From contig NC_083225.1 in NCBI RefSeq assembly GCF_032191835.1, forward strand, positions 164,362,001 to 164,426,000: a stretch of DNA of 64,000 nt. Reading direction: 5' to 3'. Of the stretch, positions 13,320 to 24,383 are shown one piece after another. The stretch's first letter is position 1. Each line of letters opens with the position of its first letter. The translations under genes and the position numbers were made by a program. This DNA is from Heteronotia binoei. Taxonomy: Eukaryota. The notes below the pieces were generated by a model that saw only the letters and a list, made by a program, of their open reading frames with translations, was not told the DNA's origin and searched no databases.

Positions 13320-13606
13320 GGGCGTTTTCGCACTGACCTTCAAGTGGCGCGACCACCCTCTTCACACCGGAGGATCTACCCGGATTTCGCACAAGAAGCG
13401 CCGGCACACCCAAAAGAGCCGGCTACTTCCGTCGCGAAACCCGCTCAAACGGAAACCGCCAAGAAGCAGGAAAACGTTTGAGCGGGTTTCGCGACGGAAG
13501 TCGCCGGCTCTTTTGGGTGCGCCGGCGCTTCTTGTGCGAAATCCGGGCAGATCCTCCGGTGTGAAGAGGGTGGTCGCGCCACTTGAAGGTCAGTGCGAAA
13601 ACGCCC
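13320..13606. mobile_element. Palindromic PIF/Harbinger-like MITE inserted in a CR1 3' fragment (about 13267-13710)
   Basis: 132-bp arms (13320-13451, 13475-13606) with 3 mismatches; termini GGGCGTTTTCGCAC; 3-bp TSD tct. Confidence 0.8.
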
Positions 13607-14842
13607 TCTATGTCACACAGTGGTAAAAAAAAAAAACAGGTGCCATCAGGTCTATCGGTGGGGCCAGTGACACTAGAAGCCACCACACTGTTGCCCCTCC
13701 CAAGCACCAAGTCCTGGTGAAGTAATCTGATAATACAACATTCAGGTATAACATTTTGAAATGCAGTCCTGTTATTTAAATTTATAATCCTGTTATCTGA
13801 CTCAGCACATACTTGTTTCTGTAAACCTCTGTAGCTTAACAATTTTGCATTACAATTAGAGTTTAGTCTCGTTTAGGAGCTGCTCTTGTTGTAAGCAGAC
13901 TGCCCAAAACAGTCTGCCCAAAACACCAAACAACAAAGGCCATAATTTTGTTACAATTCATACTGAGAGCATCTGACTACATGTACGTCATCCTTTTAAA
14001 AAGCCAATTTGCAAGGATAGCCAAGTGAACTTCTTAGAGTTCTATCTTTGTCTTTCTGTTCTTGGATTCCACAGGCAGCTGCATCTATCTTATAATATCT
14101 AGTATACCATAAAATGAGTATTTTAAAAGATCCAAGGAAACTGGTATAACCAGTGTGGTATGTGTGCTTAGAGTTTTGGACAAGACCTGAGTAGATAGGG
14201 GTACAAATCCCCACTCACTATGAAACTTACTGGGTAACCTTGGGCCAGACATTTTCTCATAGCTTAACCTACCTCACAGGATTGTTGTGACCATAAAATG
14301 GAAGGGGGGGATCCTGTTTGACTCCCTGCATTCCTTGGAATAAAGGTAGGATAAACATGTACTAAAGTAAATACAGGCAACCTACATGTTCAGAGTTAAC
14401 ACAGTGTCACCTCAGTTTTGTGCTGAGCAGGGCGGGGCCATATTAACCCAACATGCTAAATACTCAACATGCAGAACAGAGCCAGGATCATATTGTCTGG
14501 AACTAATACTGCAAACCCTAGACTATAATTTATTAAAAGCATTTGTATGCCATCCACACACAAATATGAGAAGTGAGGTCTGTGAGGGAATGCCATGTGA
14601 AACAGATAAATTTTGCTGGTAGAAGACAGTGATAGAGAAGGATAGACAAATCTCCCTTTCCTGAAAAAATTAAAAACGAGGCTTTTGTGAGAGAGGCGAC
14701 TCTAACATGTATAGCTGTAGCATAATGTTTTTGAAAAATACTGCTGTCTTTTTAAGGAGTCAAAACAATTCTTCTTCATACATTCTTCCACACAGTAGAG
14801 CAGGGCTACTCTTTCTGTCACTGTGAAAAGTTAGGCTGTAGC

Positions 14843-15418
14843 TAGGGTGGCCAGACCGTCCCGGTCACCCGGGAAAGTCCCGGTTCTGGCCCCCAATTCC
14901 CGGCTCCCGGGCTGGCTATACCAGGACCATTGGAGGTCCCGGTTTAGCCAGCCAGAGAGCCGGTGGGCCGCGCGTGCAGGCGGGGAAGGCGGTGAGGGAG
15001 GGAGGGAGCGTCCCTGTGCGTGCGCAGGGCGATTGTGGCGGGCTCTGCGCATGCGCAGGGACGCTCCCTTTCTCACTCGCCGCCTTCCCCGCCCGCGCGC
15101 GGGCCTCCACTGCAGGCGGAGGCCGGGGAGGCGGCGGAGAGGCCGGCGCTGGTCGCTGGAGGGCCTCCAGTGACCAGCGCCGGCCTCTCCGCCGCCTCCC
15201 CAGCCTCCGCCACCGGGCCCCGCGCGTGGGCCTCCACTGCAGGCGGAGGCCGGGGAGGCGGCGGAGAGGCCGGCGCTGGTCGCTGGAGGGCCTCCAGCGA
15301 CCAGCGCCGGTCTCTCCACCGCCTCCCCGGCCTCTCCGCCGCCGCCGGGCCCCGCCTTGGAAGCAGGTAAGCAGGGCAGGCAGGGAGGGAGGGGGCCGAA
15401 AGCGGGGGGGGCGGCTGG
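14843..15418. mobile_element. GC-rich hAT(Ac)-like element, left part; right end in the gap
   Basis: Starts TAGGGTGGCCAGA followed by cccgg subterminal repeats; internal hairpins and a 127-bp tandem duplication. Confidence 0.6.
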
Positions 15419-16047
15419 NNNNNNNNNNNNNNNNNNNNNNNNNNNNNNNNNNNNNNNNNNNNNNNNNNNNNNNNNNNNNNNNNNNNNNNNNNNNNNNNNN
15501 NNNNNNNNNNNNNNNNNNNNNNNNNNNNNNNNNNNNNNNNNNNNNNNNNNNNNNNNNNNNNNNNNNNNNNNNNNNNNNNNNNNNNNNNNNNNNNNNNNNN
15601 NNNNNNNNNNNNNNNNNNNNNNNNNNNNNNNNNNNNNNNNNNNNNNNNNNNNNNNNNNNNNNNNNNNNNNNNNNNNNNNNNNNNNNNNNNNNNNNNNNNN
15701 NNNNNNNNNNNNNNNNNNNNNNNNNNNNNNNNNNNNNNNNNNNNNNNNNNNNNNNNNNNNNNNNNNNNNNNNNNNNNNNNNNNNNNNNNNNNNNNNNNNN
15801 NNNNNNNNNNNNNNNNNNNNNNNNNNNNNNNNNNNNNNNNNNNNNNNNNNNNNNNNNNNNNNNNNNNNNNNNNNNNNNNNNNNNNNNNNNNNNNNNNNNN
15901 NNNNNNNNNNNNNNNNNNNNNNNNNNNNNNNNNNNNNNNNNNNNNNNNNNNNNNNNNNNNNNNNNNNNNNNNNNNNNNNNNNNNNNNNNNNNNNNNNNNN
16001 NNNNNNNNNNNNNNNNNNNNNNNNNNNNNNNNNNNNNNNNNNNNNNN
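15419..16047. other. Assembly gap (629 N)
   Basis: Run of N adjacent to very GC-rich palindromic sequence. Confidence 1.
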
Positions 16048-16050
16048 CGA

Positions 16051-16128
16051 TGTTCATGTCTTGCGGCTCTCAAACATCTGACCTTTATTATGTGTTGCTC
16101 TTTTGTTAAGCAACTCTGGCCACCCCTG
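16051..16128. mobile_element. Right end of a Charlie-type MITE after the gap
   Basis: Ends ...ctggccacccctg, followed by a CR1-type tail fragment (about 16130-16195). Confidence 0.45.
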
Positions 16129-16210
16129 GAGTAGACAATACTGACTTTGGTGGACCCAAGCACTGATTCAGTGTAAGGGAGCTTTGTGTTTGTGTCTTCT
16201 GGTGCAATTT

Positions 16211-16685
16211 TGTTCTCAAATCCTGTATTTACTTCATCAGTATATGGGATAAGGCACTTTCTCAACTGTGCTGCATAATGCAGCCTATTTATTTTGTCCT
16301 GTTTGCTCTGTTGGCTCTATCTGCGCCACCTTCATCACTTTCGGGGTGCGGATCCCCCAGTGGGGTGGTCTCCCGACTCCCTCCGCCAGCTGTTTCTGAT
16401 AGCCCTGCGCCCCCTCTTTCATTTGATATGTGTCCCGTGCAGGTGCCACCCTCCCGCCGGGAGATGCCGCAAAATGAGCCCCCTTGAGGCTTATGGCGGC
16501 AGGGCTCGGGGGAAGCGAGCTAGACTGCTGTTCTTTTGAGGGGTTATAGAGTGTTTTGAGCCCGTCCCTGTGGCATCGGTCCCATCGTTGTGGGGCCCAG
16601 GGGGCCGGCGCAGCGGCCCGCTGAAGCAGCCTGTCGGTCACTTCCGGGTTCCTGTCCTGCATCTCGACCTGTGTTATTAGTGACA
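16211..16685 (-). mobile_element. Solo-LTR-like element, 475 bp
   Basis: TG...CA ends (tgttctcaa / ttagtgaca); minus-strand AATAAA 16288-16293; TATA-like and ETS (tcacttccgg) motifs; CpG-rich; no TSD. Confidence 0.45.
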
Positions 16686-17310
16686 GGCTACTTCCATGTC
16701 TTTCCCCTTTTATTTGCCATGGTGTGATGGGGCCAGATGCCATGATCTTAGTTTTTTTGATGTTGATTTTCAAGCCTACTTTTGTGCTCTCCTCTTTCAC
16801 CCTCAACAAGAGGTTCTTTAGGTCCTCCTCACTTTCTGCCATTAGAGTAGTGTCATCTGCATATCTGAGGTTGTTGATGTTTTCCCCAGCAATCTTAATT
16901 CCGGCTTGTGCTTCATCCAGACCAGCATTCCTCATGATGTACTCGGCATATAAATTAAGCAAGCAGGGTGACCATATACATTGTCGAACTCCTTTTCCTA
17001 TTCTAAACCAATCAGTTGTTCCATATCCCGTTCTGACAGTTGCTTCTTGACCCTTATACAGATTTCTCAGGAGACACGTGAGGTGGGCTGGTGCTCTCAT
17101 CTCTTTAAGGACTTGCCACAGTTTGTTGTGATCCACACAATCAAAGGGTTTAGCATAGTCAATGAAGCAGAAATAGACATTTTTCTGATACTCCCGTGCT
17201 CTCTTCATAATCCAGCGAATGTTGGCAATTTGGTCTCTAGTTGCTCTACCTCTCCGAAACCCAGCTTGAACTTCTGGTAGTTTCCGATCGACGTACTGCT
17301 GAAGCCTAGC
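16686..17310 (-). mobile_element. RTE/Bov-B LINE internal RT fragment
   Basis: Open frame ARLQQYVDR...FIDYAKPFDCVDHNKLW...NNLRYADDTTLMAESEE...KTKIMASGPI. Confidence 0.93.
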
Positions 17311-19739
17311 TTCACCTTAAAGCACCTTAAAGACTAACAATTTTTTATTCTGGCATGAGCTTTTCTCCCTGCTTTGATAATCCTTTTTGTTACAACTTTG
17401 TATTAGAACAAATTTGTCCGCAAGTTGGCTATCACGTAGCAAAGGGAATGTAGTAGAATATATTTTCAGTTTATTGAAAATGCAGTCCTTGTATATTGTG
17501 GCATCCTGTTACCAAAGTATCATAGCATTTTTAAAAATTCCAGCAGGTTGCTTTGTATTGCAGCATCACATTTTGTAATAATGACAGACAGTTGGTATTG
17601 CATGAAGGGACAAAAAACTCCTGTTTTCTCCAATTTAATTAGGAACCATTCTAGAGGTTGCCTGAAATAGTTTTTCCTGGTTTGTAAGTTTGTGTTTCTT
17701 TGACCATAATATAGAGATAATGTTGAGCAGAACACTCTTATGTTCCCTTCTCTACTCAGAGGTAGACAAAAGCAGTATATTGAAGCATTAACCATTTTAT
17801 TTAATCAGTATCTTCTGGTTGTCAGTTAATATTTTCTGTGGTCAAGCTTTTTCTTCTTGTGGATGACTTTATTTGCTTTTGAGCTTACAAACAAGTTGAT
17901 AGAAAATGCTTGCCCTGGAGTAGAAGCCAGAATATTCACATGATGTTCTTTTTACTTGGGGCTGATATGGCCAGTAAAGTAAATTATATTACTACAATAA
18001 AGTAGTTACAGATCAAGCATTCGCAATTATAGCAGCTCCTTGTGTCTTCCTGGGCATGTTTTGTTGTCTTATGTGAACTAGACTGATGGGAGTAGCTGCC
18101 CTTACTTTCTTTTAATAATCATCCCTTAACCTTTGCCTCTAATAGTCTACATAATGAAAATTAGAAGGTGTCTCTCTTTTTTTTTTCTGTCATGAAGATA
18201 AATCACAATGAAAACTTCACCTGCTACTTCTTTTTGTGCCAAACTGCTGTTAAAGGCACATGAGCAAATAATTTTTTAAAAAAGCAATGAGCTGCTAATA
18301 AGACTGGTTCTGAAGACCACTGTACCCTTGTTATGAGGCAAATACAAACATTGCATACTGTGCTGATGTTCCACACATCATTATAGATGGTGGTGTACGA
18401 AGACACATGTAAATGGTGTTTAAATGTATGAATATGCCTAATGACCTTTGATATATTAAACCACACCTAGGTTGACCATAAATGAGAAAGTGGAATACTT
18501 TTATTTAGAGACAGAGATTTTGAAAGGAAGCTTTGACTAACCTCCCCGTCTTTCAGAGCAGCAACACATGTTATGTATAATTGCTGCATGAACATCTGTG
18601 ATACACTGTTGTTTCCCTGTGGATGGTGTACACATATGACATTCAAAAACAGTTGTTTATCAGTTACTGGGTAACGATAACTGTGAATAATCTCACTTAG
18701 CTGCTAAAATAATAGGTAATTTGGAATGAAGTTTGTTCAGTCTCTCTTTCCTCCGCCCCCGCACACATCCTTTTAATGGCAAATGGAGAGTTACCGTTTC
18801 TGCTGCAAAGAGCCTGGGGTGGGAGAGATTTGGTTGGAAGACGCACGCTCTAGGGATTCTTTCAGCTGTGCTGACTGCAGAACAGATTCTGAGGAATGAC
18901 AGTTGGCCTCAGTGGACATGTCTCCTGCTTTAAGATAAAATATCCAGTTGCCTGTTAAACTCCCAACCCAGGTCAGCTAAAGGCCTGTGCCTATGCTATG
19001 CTCTGTGCTGCATGCATTTTCTAGCAGTGCATGCACAGAACCCTATATTTGCCAATGCTGAGAGGTGGTTCCAACTCTTAGTCTTTTTCTGCAAGAGGTC
19101 TTTAACATTGGTTGTGGCACTTTCCTTCCCCACCGCCCCGTTCCCTTTCTGGTTCTCAGTGGATCCAAACGAGCCATCACACATTACAGCTAGGAGTGCT
19201 TGTTACAGCAGTTAAAGTGACAACCATAAAGCAGTGACAAACCAGCACTGCAAATTGGCTCCTAGAAGACAGGTTTCAATTAGAATTGTTTGCCTCTCTT
19301 TTTCTCTCTCTCTCTCATGTATCTCTCATGTCGTCCTGGAAACTAGATAGGAGGAAGCAGTGAAAGAACAAGCTGTATGGGGCAGAATCAGATGTTTGTA
19401 TGCCACTCCAAAGAAATGAGTAGAGGAAACATCAGTAATGCTGAAGCCCTACCTATAGTCTCTAGCTAACTAACTCCACTCCTCCTCTTCCAAAAACTGC
19501 TTTGCTGTATGTAAATAGCTGGCCAGGAGAGGGGGGAGTAACAGTAACATATCAGGAAAAAAAGCTTATGGTAGTTCTAATGGTCTTTAAAAATATTTTA
19601 AAAGTAATGTGTAAGTTATTGCTATGTTTTGGGTGTCTTCTGCACATTTCAGCTATGTGCTGTTCAATGTACTTTATGATTATGCATCGCTTAAGCTGGT
19701 TTTTAACATCTAAAATAATTATTTTGCCTTTTTCTTCAG

Positions 19740-19860
19740 TTCTGTTTATCCAAATCAGATAAAGAGCAATATGAAAAGGAAGAAAGACCAGAATCCCAAC
19801 AGGAAATTCTGAAAAGAGCTGCTAAAGACCTTCCCATTTATACCACAACAGCATCAAGAG
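19740..19860 (+). CDS. ZDHHC20: ZDHHC20 exon 4 (121 nt)
   Basis: tttcttcag|...|gtcagc; FCLSKSDKEQYEKEERPESQQEILKRAAKDLPIYTTTASR. Confidence 0.95.
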
Positions 19861-20416
19861 GTCAGCCTGTAAACAGTCCCATCATTGCCAAATCTTTTTA
19901 TGACCACAGTGACTCATGTTCTTCTCTCTGGTTTTAGCCAGTCTCTTTACAAACAGCCCATAGATAAATTCTCTAAAATAAAAACCAACTACAATTTGGT
20001 ATGGACATTAACTGCATTGTCAAGTTGCAGCTGCGCTTTATCTGTAGCAGCACCATGTATGCACACATAGTGTTGCGTATTCCTATTGTAGCTGTTCATC
20101 TGATGTTAGTTCAATATTATATTAATGTTTAGTATGTCAGATATGTATCTTGCATTCCTGTTTACTTCTCACCTTAATAACATGTGTTAACTGTTAACCA
20201 TCTTCACAGTCTGCCATGGATGTGATGAACCAATCTATTCTCAGAGCTCTTTATTTCACAGTTTACCTGTTGTTATTCTATTTATTTAATTAAGCATTAA
20301 GATTCCTCAATCCTTTTAATGATTGATGATATGATGAAACCTATTATGCAAAGCAGAGCATCTCTGAACTTACAAGCACATATTTAATACCTTGATTTTT
20401 GAAATGTTTAATGCAG

Positions 20417-20486
20417 CCATAAGATACTGTGATAGATGCCAACTAATCAAGCCTGATCGATGTCACCACTGCTCAGCCTGTGACCT
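20417..20486 (+). CDS. ZDHHC20: ZDHHC20 exon 5 (70 nt, Cys-rich domain)
   Basis: aatgcag|...|gtaagt; IRYCDRCQLIKPDRCHHCSACD. Confidence 0.95.
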
Positions 20487-20866
20487 GTAAGTACCTCCTA
20501 GCTCTAGAGCAGAAGATACTTGTGGTGATTGAATGCTTCTGAGGGTATTCAGTAGCAAGTACATCTTCAAATTCAAAACGTCAAGTGTTACATTAATTTT
20601 TCCTAATACAAGGTTGTTATCTAGTTGTTACACAAATATAGTTGTACAGTTTGTTTCACAGGCATTACACATGAGAGATCACTATTTATAGCTGAATGAC
20701 TTACTGTGCAATTCTAAACCAAGTTATATCCTCCTAAGCTCATTGACTTCATCAGGTTTATAAATCTGTTTAGGATTGCACTGTTAGCTTCCACAACCTA
20801 TTTTATTTTCAGAAACCAGATTAATAACAGGAATGTGTGAAACCATGAGCTATTCTACTTGTTACA

Positions 20867-21753
20867 AAATTGGAGTCAATTGCACCTTTAAGACCAGCTT
20901 AGTTTTATTCAGAACGTAAGCTTTCGTGTGCATGCACACTTCTTCAGACGAGGAATGAGGTACAGTAAGCAGAGCCACATATAGCTGGTGTGGTTTGGAA
21001 TGCCAAGTGGTACAAAGTTAAAAACCAATAGCAGAATAGTAAAATTAACAAATTCAGAAAATCTTTGATCTGGGTTGAATTAGCGTGGGAAACCATAAAA
21101 CCGTAACATGTCAGAATGTGAGAATGCCTGTTAATTATTCCATTGCTAATAAACCTGGGTCAAAAAGAAGGCATTTCTTTCCCAGAAGTTTTTCCTGTCC
21201 AACTAATTTACCTTTTAACATGTAACATAAATATATACATCATTCTAGTTTGCTATTAGGAAAAAATACATTAAAATATAGTAGAAGATGGGTTTAATAT
21301 ATGTAATGAGATAAACAGCCAATATCCCTAGTTTGAGTATGTCAGTACAAAAGCATTATTCTGATACACTATCCTAAAAGAGAAATACATTGGAATACTG
21401 TGGTTATATCGCCCTACTTGGTGAAAGTGGGTCTAGCATATGTAATGAGATTTAAAAAAAAAAAACAATATCTCTGTTCAGTCCTGGGGAGGTGTTTGTT
21501 CCAAGTTTCATAACAGTTTGTAATTCAGCAATTCCCCTCTCCATTCTGTTCTTGAAGTTCTTTGTACCACTTGGCATTCCAAACCACACCAGCTATATGT
21601 TACTCTGCTTACTGTACCTCATTCCTCATCTGAAGAAGTGTGCATGCACACGGAAGCTTATGTTCTGAATAAAACTAAGTCGGTCTTACAGGTGCAATTG
21701 ACTCCTATTTTGTTCAACTACTTCAGACCAACACAGCTGCCTGTTTGGATCTA
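20867..21753 (-). mobile_element. Penelope-like element with inverted terminal arms
   Basis: 153-bp inverted arms (20865-21017, 21560-21712); minus 21468-21559 translates NFKNRMERGIAELQTVMKLGTNTSPGLNRD (GIY-YIG C-terminus-like); 13-bp direct repeat tctacttgttaca at 20854 and 21754. Confidence 0.75.
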
Positions 21754-22187
21754 TCTACTTGTTACAGTTTAATACTGAGCATTTATATTCTTCTTTCACT
21801 GTTCATCACACACATTCACTTATAATCCCAAGACTGGCCAGCATTATGATTGGAGTTGCAGGAAGGAAGGGTTGTCTGAAGTAAGATTTGAACTGAGGAC
21901 TTCTTGAGCCAGAGTGCTTTCTCTTAAACACTATACAGACGAAAAGGAGGGAGATGTTGGGAAGGGGAAACCTATGTAAACAGTTTCGAGTCTTTTACCT
22001 CATTCCAGCACTGATAGCATTTGAATAAGCTTTACTTCACTGAGACCCACCTACTGTAAATTTTCTATAATAAAGTAATGATTATACATTAGAATACACT
22101 CTAGCTAATGATTATACATTAGAACAAAGTATAGGATGAGAGTATAAATAATAAAGATCAAATTATGAGGTACACAGTATCTTGGAA

Positions 22188-22395
22188 CCCTGACCTGGAT
22201 AGCCCAGGCTAGCCCAATCCCATCAGATCTTGGAAGCTAACCAAGGTCAGCCAGTATTTGGATGGGAGAATCCCAAGGAATACCAGGGTCATAACACAGA
22301 AATAGGCAATGGCAAACAACCTCTGAATGTCTCTTGCCTTGAAAACCTTACGGGGTCACCATAATTAGCTATAACGACAGCACTATCCACCACCA
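22188..22395 (+). mobile_element. 5S rRNA-derived SINE with Bov-B/Sauria-type tail
   Basis: gatcttggaagctaa...gtatttggatgggag...ggaatacc matches the 5S internal control region, then ggcaatggcaaac...ggggtcaccataa. Confidence 0.7.
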
Positions 22396-22502
22396 TCAGT
22401 AGCTTGGATTTCCCCCCATATCTTATGGTAATCATAAAGCAAAAATGAGACAGAGGTTTGGCTAGGGGCCAGACTGCAAGTGATATGAGAGATGCATGAG
22501 TA

Positions 22503-23390
22503 CATAAGAACATAAGAGAAGCCATGTTGGATCAGGCCAGTGGCCCATCCAATCCAACGCTCGGTGTCACACAGTGGCCAAAAAAGAAAGGAGGTTCACA
22601 AGTGGGGCTAGAAGCCCTTCCACTTTGCCCCCACCCAAGTACCAAGAATACAGAGCATCACTGCCCCAGACAGTTCCAATAAGATGCTGTGGCTAATAGC
22701 CACTGATGGACCTCTGCTCCATATTTTTATCCAAACCCCTCTTGAAGCTGGCTATGCTTGTAGCCGCCACCACCTCCTGTGGCAGTGAATTCCACATGTT
22801 AATCACCCTTTGGGTGAAGAAGTACTTCCTTTTATCCGTTCTAACCCTACTGCTCAGCAATTTCATTGAATGCCCACAAGTTCTTGTCTTGTGAGAAAGA
22901 GAGAAAAGTACTACTTTCTCTTACTTTCTCCATCCCATGCATAATCTTGCAAACCTCTATCATGTCACCCCTTGGTTGACGTTTCTCCAAGCTAAAGAGT
23001 CCCAAGCATTTTAACCTTTCTTCATAGGGAAAGTGTTCCAAACCTTTAATCATTCTAGTTGGCCTTTTCTGGACTTTTTCCAATGCTATAATATCCATTT
23101 TGAGGTGGGGCGACCAGAATTGTACACAGTATTCCAAATGAGAACGCACCATTGATTTATACAGGGGAATTATGATACTGGCTGATTTGTTTTCAATTCC
23201 CTTCCTAATAATTCCCAGCATGGCGTTGGCCTTTTTTATTGCAATCGCACACTGTCTTGACATTTTCAGTGAGTTATCTACCATGACCCCAAGATCTCTC
23301 TCTTGGTCAGTCTCTGCCAGTTCACACCCCATCAGCTTGTATTTGTAGCTGGGATTTTTGGCCCCAATGTGCATTACTTTGCACTTGATG
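22503..23390 (-). mobile_element. CR1 LINE 3' portion
   Basis: ORF 22847-23473 (ERDLGVMVD...[12 protein letters not shown]...YEERLK); possible TSD catgagta (22495, 23398). Confidence 0.92.
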
Positions 23391-24023
23391 CAAAGTACAT
23401 GAGTAAAATTCAGATGTAGAACAGAAGTAGAATACCAGCTGGGAGGGGACAAAGTTTTATACAGAAACAACACAAGGGAGTGGGGGGATGGTTAAGCGCT
23501 TCCTTCCCTGCCTCTACTTTACATATATATTGGCAGTTCCCCACAACTGCATTTCAGTAAAAACAATAACACAGGGAGAGAGTCTGTGCAGTGCAATGAT
23601 TAGAGTACTGGACTAGGACCAGGGAGACCTGGGTTCAAATCCCCACTTCTCATGAATATTAACGGGTGACCATGGACTAGTTGTTGTCTCACCACCTATC
23701 CACTTCATAGAGGAGTTGTGGGAGGATAAAATGAAGTAGGGGGAGAATATTGTACATTGACCTGAGCTGCTTGGAGGAAGGGCAGGAAATCATAGATGTA
23801 GATTGGCTCCAAGGGCATCCAGTGGGATTTGAACTTTGGTGTTTTGGCTTATAGCCCGGTTCTCCAGATCAGAGTCTGCCACTTTTAACTAATACAGCAT
23901 GCTGGCGGAATGCTGATATGTCATTATAGGCTTCAAAAGATTGAGATTTCATGTTAGGAAATGCACACAGGTGCTCTTTTAGCTTCATTCAATTGATTGG
24001 AAATGTCTTCCTTTTTTCCTTAG

Positions 24024-24056
24024 GTGTGTATTGAAAATGGATCATCACTGTCCTTG
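24024..24056 (+). CDS. ZDHHC20: ZDHHC20 exon 6 (33 nt, catalytic DHHC motif)
   Basis: ttttttccttag|GTGTGTATTGAAAATGGATCATCACTGTCCTTG|gtatgc; CVLKMDHHCPW. Confidence 0.97.
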
Positions 24057-24383
24057 GTATGCTCTTCTTTTTTTCTGTTACGCGCTGATATATAAAGAAA
24101 TAACTAAAAGCGTTGTTCTAGGAACATTGAATGGACTTGAGTAGAAATTTCAGAAGATCTGCTTAGGATTGTTCTCTAAATCACTTTGAGTTGGATTCAA
24201 CAGATATTTTCCCCACTGGTGAAAAGAGGAGGGGGGTCCCTTTCGACCACCAAAATGGTTATGCTGGGGATCATGGGATTAGCATCGACTAAATGCCATG
24301 TGAGGTGTAATAATAATAAGAATTGGGCAACTGGGTAGGATTGACTGTAAAAGCAGTCTGGATCCCACCCTTTGTCTTGGCTG

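Noticed and set aside
14831-16265. Long ORFs of 250-449 aa in the ORF track
   Set aside because: They are inflated by the 629-N gap and by GC-rich palindromic TE sequence that lacks stops.
22188-22310. 5S rRNA gene
   Set aside because: Diverged from 5S and fused to a retroposon tail; it is a SINE.
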